Part shown: piece after piece, positions 1-8,985 of the stretch | Layout: each line of letters opens with the position of its first letter | Numbering within the stretch: the first letter of the stretch is position 1 | From: a virus | DNA: 64,000 nucleotides | Reading direction: 5' to 3' (one strand) | IMG/VR virus record: IMGVR_UViG_3300022872_000001 | Coordinates: 32,001-96,000 of that record | The notes under the pieces: model-generated | Seen by the model: the letters and a program-made list of their open reading frames with translations, nothing else | Database searches by the model: none | What the model was told of the DNA's origin: nothing | Position numbers and translations under genes: made by a program

Positions 1-345
1 TTCATCATCAAGATCCATATCCGAAGGATTCTCCGCGTTAAGAATTGCCGCATCCAATTCCGTATCCGAATCTACAAGTATCTCTGGAAGTTCCAGGATA
101 AGTTGCTGGAGTACGGACAACCGACCTTCCAAGGTATTATCGAAAGGTGCAGTCCACGATATGTCGCAATCCTCCAATGAGGAATAAACCATCAGAGTGG
201 GTTGATCCTCGTCCTCATCGGAATCGAATTCTTCGTCAGCCTCCTCAGATGCGGTGAATTCCCACACCAGATTTAATGCATATTTGGCAATTAAAGCTGC
301 CAGTACCTCGCTTACAGGAAGCGGCAATTCATTTGTATTAGACAT
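1..345 (-). CDS. acidic hypothetical protein (partial, runs off the window start)
   Basis: Manual translation from ATG at 345: MSNTNELPLPVSEVLAALIAKY...EEADEEFDSDEDED..., open to base 1; AGTAAATA motif 27 nt upstream. Confidence 0.75.
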   Translation of the reverse strand, partial: MSNTNELPLPVSEVLAALIAKYALNLVWEFTASEEADEEFDSDEDEDQPTLMVYSSLEDCDISWTAPFDNTLEGRLSVLQQLILELPEILVDSDTELDAAILNAENPSDMDLDDE

Positions 346-415
346 GGTAGTCTTTCGTCGTTTGTACCGTATATTTACTGCAAAGAGGAACAAAATTGAA
401 ATTTGCGGATGTGAA

Positions 416-1474
416 TCACACCAGATCGTCTTCCTCGTCCCACTCGTCAACGCCTAAGCGGCTAGTAGGTGTAGAGGGTGCAGCTGGAACCAGAACTGTG
501 TCACCATCTACCTGGGAGAAGTTAAACTCCTGGTAATTAATCTCCTTATCCTCGTCCTGCGTCTCTGTATCTATAAAGGATATAGTGGTTGAACGGATGA
601 ACATCAAATACTCCAAACTATTCGTATTGACGTCCATGGTGACGCGGGATTTAGTTGTACCTGGAAGTGGATTAATCTTAATACCCTTAGGGGTACGGTA
701 ATTCATTTCAGTAAGGAAATCATACGTCCCTACAGGTTGGAGCATCAACGCTGCCAGCAGTGCTTTATCAGAGGATGATGAAAATCCAGGGTAGATGCCC
801 TTCGTGTTAGAGTTCTCATCTTTATATACAGATCGACCCTCTATATCATACATGGGCTGGCTGACTGCATTAATGCATCCGGCTAGGAATACTCTAGGCG
901 TAGTCATTTGAGTGCTTTGAATAAAAGACAAATGACTAGGAAGAAAGCTACTCGGATATTGATTAATCTTTTTTACAAAAATTTCAAATTCCTCGGAAGT
1001 ACCTAGCTGCCTATCTTCCTTACCGTGTCCTGTAAGAAACCACAATTCTGTATTAAGCTCCCGAGCGAGCTTTTCCTTATCAGTAGAGAACTTGTAGCTA
1101 GGGGTGATGATTTCATCTGAAGGATCCATTCTGTACCGTTTACTAACTTTTTTAGGAGCCTCATCTGCGGAAAAAGGTAATTTATAATCGGAAGCACGAC
1201 TAGCTAAGGTGCGTAAACTCCTATTTTGGGCCAGATGATAATAAACGACATAGGGGAGCATGCGAGCACGCAAGGCTGCGAATTCAGCCTCATCAATAAT
1301 TAAAGCGCTTTCAATAGTCCAGATGAGGTCGTTTAAACCTCCCACCAAAGCAATAACATGCAATGGAATTTTCTGAGATTTAACCAGAGATTTTGTACCG
1401 AAGAAACGAACCATACGACCAAAACCAGGAATGCAAGCGCTGCATTGTTTCAATACTTCGAGAGTTGTGTACAT
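416..1474 (-). CDS. hypothetical protein, 352 aa
   Basis: Long ORF, SD-like AAGGAA upstream, acidic C-terminus; no family recognised. Confidence 0.8.
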   Translation of the reverse strand: MYTTLEVLKQCSACIPGFGRMVRFFGTKSLVKSQKIPLHVIALVGGLNDLIWTIESALIIDEAEFAALRARMLPYVVYYHLAQNRSLRTLASRASDYKLPFSADEAPKKVSKRYRMDPSDEIITPSYKFSTDKEKLARELNTELWFLTGHGKEDRQLGTSEEFEIFVKKINQYPSSFLPSHLSFIQSTQMTTPRVFLAGCINAVSQPMYDIEGRSVYKDENSNTKGIYPGFSSSSDKALLAALMLQPVGTYDFLTEMNYRTPKGIKINPLPGTTKSRVTMDVNTNSLEYLMFIRSTTISFIDTETQDEDKEINYQEFNFSQVDGDTVLVPAAPSTPTSRLGVDEWDEEDDLV

Positions 1475-1506
1475 GAGTTTTCCTTTTCGTTAGGGAAATG
1501 TGAGAA

Positions 1507-1529
1507 ACAGGCAGCCGTCATTAGCTGCC
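1507..1529 (-). terminator. putative intrinsic terminator
   Basis: AGGCAGC-N8-GCTGCCT stem followed by a T-rich tract on the minus strand, just after the 1541..1756 ORF. Confidence 0.5.
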
Positions 1530-1540
1530 TGAGGTAAAGC

Positions 1541-1756
1541 TTAAACAACTGTGCGGTTAAATGTTCGGACGATTGAACTCAGAACCTTGAGGCGATCTGT
1601 TTCCGGCATCTTTTGAATCAGACCAATTACGTAGTCTGTTTGATCATCAAACGATGTTTTATCCGGATAAAGAAGGGTAATAGGTACATTTACCATAGCC
1701 GGTTCCGTTACAGAGTGCGGAGCGGAAGTAATGGGGTTCCAATCTAATGAGGTCAT
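1541..1756 (-). CDS. hypothetical protein, 71 aa
   Basis: ORF with AAGGAA SD. Confidence 0.7.
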   Translation of the reverse strand: MTSLDWNPITSAPHSVTEPAMVNVPITLLYPDKTSFDDQTDYVIGLIQKMPETDRLKVLSSIVRTFNRTVV

Positions 1757-1785
1757 TTATTTCCTTTTAGGAATAGCGCAATAAT

Positions 1786-2403
1786 TTACAGAACGATGAC
1801 GAAAGCCTGCTTGCCCTTAGGCACTTCGATATCAAGCGTCGTAGCCTGCACCTTGAGAATAGGAACCAAAGTTGTCACCATCTTGTTACTGGTGAAGGTG
1901 CGCAGCGCTTCTTCGACTTGAGCACGGGTACGCAGCTTTGCTATGTACTCACCCACAAGATCAGCGTTCAAGGCTGAAACTGCAGGAGTTGCTGGCTTTT
2001 GTGGTTTGGACGTGGTAGCGCTGATCTTGTTTGGCGCGGTACTTGACGTAACGGAAGTGGAAGCAACACCAAGAGGATTACCAAAAATACTCACGCCATG
2101 ATATACTCCTTGACCGATCAGCGCGTACAACAAAGCTTCGGCTTCGGCTTTGTTGCAGATCAAGTCCGAATCATCGAAAACGTCAGGGTTGATACCGTAG
2201 GCTTCTACAGTAGCGTGGACATCACTGTTGCCTAACAGCCATTGATAATCATCAATGCTATTACTGATGAACACAACTTCCGCAGGGAACAGTGCGTCTT
2301 CAGGCCATTCTGCGCCATAGGTTTTCTTCAGGTAATTGAAAACTTTCGTGACGCGGTTTTGCAGAGCTGAGGATGCGCGCAACAGGGCGATAGATGTAAA
2401 CAT
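1786..2403 (-). CDS. hypothetical protein (start re-called to MFTSIALL)
   Basis: AAAGGAAATACC-ATG at 2403; AGTAAATA at 2436-2443. Confidence 0.75.
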   Translation of the reverse strand: MFTSIALLRASSALQNRVTKVFNYLKKTYGAEWPEDALFPAEVVFISNSIDDYQWLLGNSDVHATVEAYGINPDVFDDSDLICNKAEAEALLYALIGQGVYHGVSIFGNPLGVASTSVTSSTAPNKISATTSKPQKPATPAVSALNADLVGEYIAKLRTRAQVEEALRTFTSNKMVTTLVPILKVQATTLDIEVPKGKQAFVIVL

Positions 2404-2499
2404 GGTATTTCCTTTAATGGTTAATGTTACGTTGGTATTTACTACGTGAAACACAAATGCAGAAAATGAAAGGCTGCTGTGTAAGCCAGCCTGTCTGTA

Positions 2500-3038
2500 T
2501 TACTTGATTGCACCCAAACGCTTGCGGATATCTGCAAGAGTTTCAAAACGTTGCATTCTGGAATTAATAAACATCAATTCCAATTCACCCTCTTCTTCTT
2601 GATCCCAGGTTTGCTGGTCATACAGAACGTATGAATCATTTTCGATTTCCACGCGAAGCAAACCCTTTGCCGATTTCTTGGTGCCGTTATCAGTGATTGG
2701 GTCCTTAACCAATTCACGCGCTTCACCATAGACCTCGCCATATGTCGCTTTGATAGCAGCACCGTAGGTATCGCGTGTGATGTATTGATACGTAAACGAA
2801 CCAACACCAAAGACGATATTGTCGGCAGCAAAACCCTTACGATGTAATTCTTCCAGAATTGTGTTTTCCAATTCCAAGGTAATTGCATCGCCGTAGATCA
2901 AACCGACGTGTGAATCCAATGTACGGAAGCCTTGGGAATTCGTAGTACCTCCGAAGATTTCCCACAGACACTCGACCGCGCCCATGTATTCAGGGCTACC
3001 TACAGGAGCCAATGGATTACCGCAGATAATTTTGCCAT
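2500..3038 (-). pseudogene. nadV: C-terminal fragment of nicotinamide phosphoribosyltransferase (NAMPT/NadV)
   Basis: KIICG, LIYGDAIT, FGVGSFTYQYITRDTYG, KDPITDNGTKKSAKGLLRV are NAMPT C-terminal motifs; the N-terminal ~two-thirds are absent and the SD-preceded ATG (3038) is out of frame. Confidence 0.8.
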
Positions 3039-3046
3039 GATAATCC

Positions 3047-3505
3047 TTAGGCGAGTTTGAGGTTAGTGCCGTACTTCGAAGCCAACTTTTGCAGACCCGT
3101 GATACCACGTTCGGTCAACGTCGGCTGTTGCGGATGCAGACTGTCAGAGAGTTGACGGGAGAACGTGTAACCCTTATCCGGCGTGAATGCTGTTATTCGT
3201 AAGTGCTCATCGAGCAGAAGAGGAACCAACTTCTTGATCTCTTCCTCTACCTCACGTTCCAGCATCTTCTCGAAACGACGCAGAACCGAAACTGCAAAAC
3301 TGAATTTTTGAATCGCGTTATGCACCTTAGTTGGGTGCAAACGATACCAACCTCGACCACGATATACCAAGACAACATGATCAGGGAATTCAATCTGACC
3401 TGTTGCGTGCATGTATTCCTTCAAACGCATGTATTCAGTTTCGTTCATACGAACTGAAGCATGGATTGTGTCGTTGTTGGTTACATTATGAATTGCGATC
3501 TTCAT
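3047..3505 (-). CDS. hypothetical protein, 152 aa
   Basis: ORF with AAGGAG SD. Confidence 0.75.
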   Translation of the reverse strand: MKIAIHNVTNNDTIHASVRMNETEYMRLKEYMHATGQIEFPDHVVLVYRGRGWYRLHPTKVHNAIQKFSFAVSVLRRFEKMLEREVEEEIKKLVPLLLDEHLRITAFTPDKGYTFSRQLSDSLHPQQPTLTERGITGLQKLASKYGTNLKLA

Positions 3506-3547
3506 TTTGAATAACTCCTTAAAAGGTATAGTTACAATTCTTTAGTC

Positions 3548-3885
3548 TTAACATTCCATCAATAGCTTAATCAGAGTTTCTGCTTCCCAGATAAAATGAT
3601 CTGTTGCTGATGCATCAGCCCTTGCTGACCGTGCTACTGACCATACTATGGATTCGGATTCTGCTGATGGGAATACTGTTGCTGTTGCTGACCTTGCTGA
3701 CCAGCATGTGGAATGCTGATGTAGATCCTACTGCGGCTGCTACTGCTAACCATGCTGCTGCCTCTCTTTCAGCTTCAGTAGCTGTTCCATCAATCTTATG
3801 TTGACAATAGTCTATTACTTGTTTGATGGCAGCCTTACATTGGATAGTGTAAGGTTCATTATCCTTAAGTGACTTTAGGGACTTT
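3548..3885 (-). pseudogene. frameshifted Ala/Trp/Ser-repeat phage protein remnant
   Basis: Frame 1 ...KAAIKQVIDYCQ...EREAAAWLAVAAAV; a shifted frame continues WSARSATAT...VWSVARSARA...WEAETLIKLLMEC*; no in-frame start found. Confidence 0.55.
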
Positions 3886-3954
3886 GTATGCCTAAGTTAA
3901 GTCCTAAAGGTGGGATTGAAGGTAATTACCTGATATGCAACAACTTTAAATCGG

Positions 3955-4278
3955 CTATTCTTCCTGAGATTCTGAATCGTCTGGTTTAGAATTTGCTAAC
4001 ACCCCTTCGGGAGAACCGAAATAATTGATTTGCAGAGTTTGCAAATTCCCAATAAGCCGATCTATATCCTCGGCAGTCTTGAATGCAAGAAGCACGCAAG
4101 GAGTGGTCTCAGTTGAAGGATCAAGGGAATCCCCGGGAGCGTGACCTGCCACAATATGGTCTATAGTGAGAAAAGCATAATCGAATTCCGTAGCAGAGAC
4201 GGGCAAACCCACGGTGAGAAGACCGCGACCAAATACGGCGATAGCTGGATAGTCTTGAGCGGATAGGATTTTCTTCAT
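3955..4278 (-). CDS. hypothetical protein, 107 aa
   Basis: ORF with AGGAG SD, downstream of an early promoter. Confidence 0.75.
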   Translation of the reverse strand: MKKILSAQDYPAIAVFGRGLLTVGLPVSATEFDYAFLTIDHIVAGHAPGDSLDPSTETTPCVLLAFKTAEDIDRLIGNLQTLQINYFGSPEGVLANSKPDDSESQEE

Positions 4279-4377
4279 TAGTAACTCCTAAAAGGATTTG
4301 CACTACGGGGATTGTTAAACGCGTCATTACGTTTTGCTTGTCGATTCCTTTTCATAGGGAATCCGGAGGGGTACTAC

Positions 4378-4405
4378 ACGCCTTAATTATAACATAAAAA
4401 ACGCG
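4378..4405 (-). promoter_or_regulatory. sigma70-type extended -10 early promoter (copy 1)
   Basis: Minus strand CGCGTTTTTTATGTTATAATTAAGGCGT = TGn-TATAAT; 23 nt identical to 8857-8879. Confidence 0.7.
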
Positions 4406-4416
4406 CAATTTTGTCA

Positions 4417-4602
4417 TTATTTACGACGTTTTGCGTCAAAAATTGACGTTATTTGCTGCTGGATTTCAAGGTCCGAATGCTTGGACATGTATTCATCCTC
4501 ATTCTGTTCATTATTTACTACGATTCGCGTAAAAACGAACATTACCAAAACGAATGCACACAATAGAAGGAATGTAAAAATTCCGAATTCCATATCGCTC
4601 AT
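4417..4602 (-). CDS. small membrane protein
   Basis: N-terminal hydrophobic stretch FGIFTFLLLCAFVLVMFVF. Confidence 0.65.
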   Translation of the reverse strand: MSDMEFGIFTFLLLCAFVLVMFVFTRIVVNNEQNEDEYMSKHSDLEIQQQITSIFDAKRRK

Positions 4603-5135
4603 TTCGGCCCTTTGTAATTCTTTGGAATAGTTTGCGTGATTGCCAGATTCTTATTCTTATAACGCTTATCAAAGGTCACTTCCTTACCAACCCAATCAGG
4701 TTTGATGAACTTCTGATCTTCAGAATCAAGTTCAATCTCTACGATCTCCATGCCTGCCAATTTCTTGCGCATTACATCTACTTCCCAAATTTTAAAATCT
4801 TTGTCAGTTCCGTACATGACCTCAAAGCGGTGTTTATGCACAGTGTAATCCCCGCACTTTTTAAGAAGTGCTTTTGCCATCTTCAAAGGAATTTCAGGTT
4901 CCTGCTCACTACGGGCAAACTTCATACCTTCAATAGGTAACTTCAAACCTAGGTACGCCGTTTTCTCACCGATTGGTTTTAGAGTAACCTTATCCACCCT
5001 TTGCTCGATGCGAACACGTAATGTCCCGCCACCATTTGTGTAAAGGTACCCTTGTTTAATTTTGTAGACAAGCAGAACCTTGTCTATAGTTGGTTTCTTT
5101 TTAAGGAGAAACTTACGTTCAATCTCAATCGGCAT
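4599..5135 (-). CDS. CYTH / triphosphate tunnel metalloenzyme (CyaB-like)
   Basis: MPIEIERKFL (ExExK), IKQGYL, LRVRI, WEVDV, IVEIEL, PDWVGKEVT, RYKNKNLA. Confidence 0.88.
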   Translation of the reverse strand: MPIEIERKFLLKKKPTIDKVLLVYKIKQGYLYTNGGGTLRVRIEQRVDKVTLKPIGEKTAYLGLKLPIEGMKFARSEQEPEIPLKMAKALLKKCGDYTVHKHRFEVMYGTDKDFKIWEVDVMRKKLAGMEIVEIELDSEDQKFIKPDWVGKEVTFDKRYKNKNLAITQTIPKNYKGPK

Positions 5136-5394
5136 TCTTCGTCCTTTCTTTCTTCTTACGTTTATTGAGGCACGACCTACGAACTGTGAAATAGTAGTGC
5201 ACACAGGACATGATGACCCAGTACTTATTCCACGAATTCAGCTTTGATATTGGGAGGCCCATAAGCCTCTTATTTGAAAGTATAACATAGAACTGGAAAT
5301 GCGTTACATATCTCAATAACTTGAAAATCTTCTTAGCACATTTACGGATTACGTATAACCCAAACAGTATCGGGTGAAGCCATAGCATAGTCAA
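5125..5394 (-). CDS. hypothetical protein, 89 aa
   Basis: Fills the gap between flanking minus-strand ORFs with overlaps; no family. Confidence 0.4.
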   Translation of the reverse strand: MTMLWLHPILFGLYVIRKCAKKIFKLLRYVTHFQFYVILSNKRLMGLPISKLNSWNKYWVIMSCVHYYFTVRRSCLNKRKKKERTKNAD

Positions 5395-5843
5395 TAGAAC
5401 GAGGTTGGATTAAACAAGTCTTCCAGATTGGGAACACCTTCGATACGAATTATCGAGCGATCAATATCCTTGCGGCGGATGTATGCAGTAGCCATGACCA
5501 GGAGGTTTGGATCATTGGCAACATATACGTCAACACGACCAGGGGTAAGAATCTTATCCAGCGTGATAAAACGGGCGGTAGGACCCTTAGTACTTTGGTG
5601 AAAACCAGAATGCTGAACTTCAATGTAGTAATCAGTGATCGGACGGATGAACAACATCTTAGGACGCGCGGTATCGAAATTACCATCCGCATCCTCATGA
5701 TAGTGAACACCTGTGATCATGACCTCAACTGGAATACCAACCTCCGGTGTATCGGTGTGTTTGGGAAATACTGCAGGAATATCATTGACACGAACGTAGG
5801 AACGGGATGGATCGTTACGGTCTAGGATTGGGGTTACTTGCAT
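5391..5843 (-). CDS. hypothetical protein, 150 aa
   Basis: ORF with AAGGAG SD. Confidence 0.75.
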   Translation of the reverse strand: MQVTPILDRNDPSRSYVRVNDIPAVFPKHTDTPEVGIPVEVMITGVHYHEDADGNFDTARPKMLFIRPITDYYIEVQHSGFHQSTKGPTARFITLDKILTPGRVDVYVANDPNLLVMATAYIRRKDIDRSIIRIEGVPNLEDLFNPTSFY

Positions 5844-5855
5844 ACGAATTACTCC

Positions 5856-6206
5856 TTAATAAGAAAGTTCGTTACCGTGGGAATCTACGTGGGCCTCTTC
5901 CGCCATTAGACTCAACTTCTTCTGGGCGAGGTGTGAACGTTCCTGGTAGAGACCAGTCATCAACGTGTCCTCAGGATACTTATCCTTAACGTGTTGTAGA
6001 TTCATTGCGGCGGCAAGAAAGCTGCCGCGGTGCTTATGCAAATTACGGCGCTTACGTTCGATTGCTTCTTCCTGCTTTTGATATTTTGACTTAGGCATTT
6101 TAGTCCCGGTGTAAGGAGGGTTTCTGGAGAAGACGCTCACAAAAGTCATAACGAAGCATAACATTCCAACGAATAAGCCAGCGGTACTTGGTAGTACGTT
6201 GCGCAT
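5856..6206 (-). CDS. hypothetical protein (start uncertain)
   Basis: ORF within the minus-strand gene run. Confidence 0.6.
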   Translation of the reverse strand: MRNVLPSTAGLFVGMLCFVMTFVSVFSRNPPYTGTKMPKSKYQKQEEAIERKRRNLHKHRGSFLAAAMNLQHVKDKYPEDTLMTGLYQERSHLAQKKLSLMAEEAHVDSHGNELSY

Positions 6207-6224
6207 ATTTGTTGTTCGTATGTT

Positions 6225-6503
6225 TCAGCATTCGGCGAATCCATTTGTTTGGACGCTTACGTGAGGTACGCTCAATCTTTTTTCAGCATATTTGCTCCGT
6301 GCGTATTTTGCCTTACCTTGCTGAACGATGATAGCCAGCTTATACCCAACGAAGGCGTGTCGAGTATCTGCATTTTTGTACTGAATAAGAGGCTCAGGCC
6401 AAGGTAACCGGGTGAAGTCATAAAAGTTTGGATAGAGTGCCTCTAACTCTGTTTCAAAATCGATTTGAATCTGGGTCTTTGGTGGAAGTTTAATAACTGT
6501 CAT
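6225..6503 (-). CDS. hypothetical protein, 92 aa
   Basis: ORF with AGGAG SD. Confidence 0.7.
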   Translation of the reverse strand: MTVIKLPPKTQIQIDFETELEALYPNFYDFTRLPWPEPLIQYKNADTRHAFVGYKLAIIVQQGKAKYARSKYAEKRLSVPHVSVQTNGFAEC

Positions 6504-6512
6504 GCCGTTCTC

Positions 6513-7031
6513 CTAATATTCCAACATCATAAATTTGTAATCATTGACACTCGCGGCTTCCACGAATGCCGCATTCAATGCTGACAAACTATCTGGATTG
6601 ATTCCATGCAAGCGTAGAATCATAATCACTTGTGGCACCATTGCATGCCAGCGCAGTTGCACGCCAGATTGCTTATCGTCAGAGATAAAGGTATAAACAT
6701 CCTCCAACCGCCCACGTACCTCACCTTCGATCTGTGTCACCTGAGTAAGGTTAAAACGCTGCTTGGTTGTTTTCAGGTTAGCACGTAATAGATACGTTAC
6801 CAGATCGTTTGTATCGCGCAGGTAAGGGGAACGGTAATATATTCCATTCGATTCCTTTATGACACGCAAACGATTCGGTCTTTTGTAGAATTCCACCGTG
6901 ACCGTTTTCGTCATGTGCAGCACTGCGGGATTCACACCATCCGAACGTTTCGTATAGGCGACGATGAATCCCAGACGTTCCACAATGGTTCGAATATCTC
7001 CCGTCTTATATTTCAGATTGTTGATTATCAT
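6513..7031 (-). CDS. hypothetical protein, 172 aa
   Basis: ORF coupled to the upstream gene (TAATG overlap). Confidence 0.75.
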   Translation of the reverse strand: MIINNLKYKTGDIRTIVERLGFIVAYTKRSDGVNPAVLHMTKTVTVEFYKRPNRLRVIKESNGIYYRSPYLRDTNDLVTYLLRANLKTTKQRFNLTQVTQIEGEVRGRLEDVYTFISDDKQSGVQLRWHAMVPQVIMILRLHGINPDSLSALNAAFVEAASVNDYKFMMLEY

Positions 7032-7723
7032 TATTTCACCTTACCCTTCTTCACAGCACGCAAACCAATATCCACTTCCTTATTCAAGGTATCGAACTGC
7101 GCGGTGATTATCTCTTCTCCGATTTGTTTTTCCACAAAAAGGAAAACGCCAAAACCATCTACGTTCAATTCAGCATCCCGCCAAACCTCTTGATCGTAAT
7201 TCAGAAGAGACTTGGCGATCTGATCTACGTAACCTTTCATGAACAAATGATGAACTAGTTCCTTACGGTTCGCGCAATGTTTGAAAGCATTTTGAATCCA
7301 AGTTATTTCCCGTTGGATTTCCTTATCGTACTTAGGAATACGTGTAACTTCGGTCACAACCTCCTGCTCCGGTTCAGCCATTGCGTAGGCTGGCCATTCT
7401 ACAGGGATAGATATTCCGTAGGGAGCGAAGCAGATCATGGCTTGATGACTAGAGGATTGGGGGCGTACCTCGATCAATCCTAAGCCGTCAGTGGCAAGCA
7501 GGTAACCGTAACGAAACTCCTTGGAGGAAGCGTCCTGACCCTTCTGATATTGTAAGCCAAGCGCGGTAATAAATTTATTCACTTGCCAGTTTTCAATCTG
7601 GACGAATATAACCTGTTGTTTCTTTTCATACAGCATGCGTGAACCGAGAATACCATGCTGGATAAGGTACGCTTGGAGATCGGTTAGCAGTTGCTGATCT
7701 TCCGGGGATATTGCGGCTTCCAT
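7031..7723 (-). CDS. hypothetical protein, 230 aa
   Basis: ORF with AAGGAG SD. Confidence 0.8.
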   Translation of the reverse strand: MEAAISPEDQQLLTDLQAYLIQHGILGSRMLYEKKQQVIFVQIENWQVNKFITALGLQYQKGQDASSKEFRYGYLLATDGLGLIEVRPQSSSHQAMICFAPYGISIPVEWPAYAMAEPEQEVVTEVTRIPKYDKEIQREITWIQNAFKHCANRKELVHHLFMKGYVDQIAKSLLNYDQEVWRDAELNVDGFGVFLFVEKQIGEEIITAQFDTLNKEVDIGLRAVKKGKVK

Positions 7724-7763
7724 GAAATACTCCTTCTTAAGGATAATAAAGAACTATGGATGA

Positions 7764-8471
7764 CTAACGCCGACGATTCGCGTGGTACTCTTCGGTACCT
7801 ATAATTGCCTGCACCCAGTCAGGTAAGGTGCGCTCGAATTCCTCCGATAAGCGTTCTACGATACGGAAATGTTCCGCAGTTATTGCATTTGTACCACCCG
7901 GTGGACCTAATTCCTCTTGGGCTTTATCGAAAGCCCAATCTTGGGGTATGAATGCCCAATAAGAATCTCTACCATTATACCAATGATCAGATGCAAAAGG
8001 GTGGAGACGGTTGTAAGATTGTACCAAACCTTCACGAACATCCTTATGAAAGGAACGCAGCTCTAAGGGACGCGTCTCTCCTTCGACCTGAAGGACAGTA
8101 ACTGGGTCATTATTTCCTAAATCATTTCCGTAAGCCAGATCGGAAGGTACTGATCCGTGTAACCAGATCATATTGGCCCTTTCAGGCTGAGAAGGCGTAC
8201 CATCCGCGTTCTCCCATTGCCAAGTATCTACGGTAATAATCAAACCGGAATCACGTCGAGCAAAAACCAAAAAGCGGGTCTCATTGTGATGACTACGCCG
8301 AAGGAATTTGAATTCTCCTACTTGCTCGAAATGCAGATGATCGACAATCACCGCAATCTGTTCATCAGCCGTCTGACTATTATTGGTTTCACATTTACCG
8401 GAAGTTTGGTAAATGTCTTCATTTTCTTCAAAACCATCATAATGTTCAGAATCTGAAAAGTGGTTTGTCAT
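7764..8471 (-). CDS. hypothetical protein, 235 aa
   Basis: ORF with AAGGAG SD. Confidence 0.8.
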   Translation of the reverse strand: MTNHFSDSEHYDGFEENEDIYQTSGKCETNNSQTADEQIAVIVDHLHFEQVGEFKFLRRSHHNETRFLVFARRDSGLIITVDTWQWENADGTPSQPERANMIWLHGSVPSDLAYGNDLGNNDPVTVLQVEGETRPLELRSFHKDVREGLVQSYNRLHPFASDHWYNGRDSYWAFIPQDWAFDKAQEELGPPGGTNAITAEHFRIVERLSEEFERTLPDWVQAIIGTEEYHANRRR

Positions 8472-8504
8472 TTTGAATTACTCCTTGAAAGGTGGGATTA
8501 CGGA

Positions 8505-8828
8505 TTAATAACGATAAGTGGTTGTGTAGAGATAAATGCGGCTGTAGCTGGGACTGTATTTGGACTTGTTCGGGTATGTGTGAATGGAAATACTGCCGTT
8601 AGGGATTTTAGGGTGCATCAAGAATGTGATTTTATGGTTAACGTCCGCATTAGCCTTTCCGACAACTTCCCAACCTGCTTTTAGGAGACGTGATTTAAAA
8701 ACACCTGCTGAAAAGAGGGGAATAATCTCAATACTATTATTGCTGGTAATTCGGGCCTTAACGGGATCAAGGTTCAGGGAAGACATGAATTGATCCACGC
8801 GATTTTGTACGTTAGTTTGCTTAGCCAT
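8505..8828 (-). CDS. hypothetical protein, 107 aa
   Basis: ORF with AAGGAG SD directly after an early promoter. Confidence 0.75.
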   Translation of the reverse strand: MAKQTNVQNRVDQFMSSLNLDPVKARITSNNSIEIIPLFSAGVFKSRLLKAGWEVVGKANADVNHKITFLMHPKIPNGSISIHTYPNKSKYSPSYSRIYLYTTTYRY

Positions 8829-8856
8829 GATTAACTCCTTGAAAGGAGGTTTGTGT

Positions 8857-8883
8857 ACGCCTTAATTATAACATAAAAACGCG
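8857..8883 (-). promoter_or_regulatory. sigma70-type extended -10 early promoter (copy 2)
   Basis: Minus strand CGCGTTTTTATGTTATAATTAAGGCGT with an AT-rich upstream region. Confidence 0.7.
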
Positions 8884-8918
8884 TTTAAAACCCAATTTTT
8901 CGAATATTTTATCGAAAA

Positions 8919-8952
8919 AATAACCCCTAAATACAATGACTTAGGGGTTATT
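8919..8952. terminator. bidirectional-looking intrinsic terminator
   Basis: AATAACCCCTAA-N10-TTAGGGGTTATT perfect 12-bp stem flanked by A and T tracts. Confidence 0.75.
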
Positions 8953-8985
8953 TTGTGCATTTTTACAACATTTTTGAACTACGGG

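Noticed and set aside
3604-3804. Hydrophobic 66-aa plus-strand ORF
   Set aside because: Antisense shadow of the Ala/Ser repeat pseudogene
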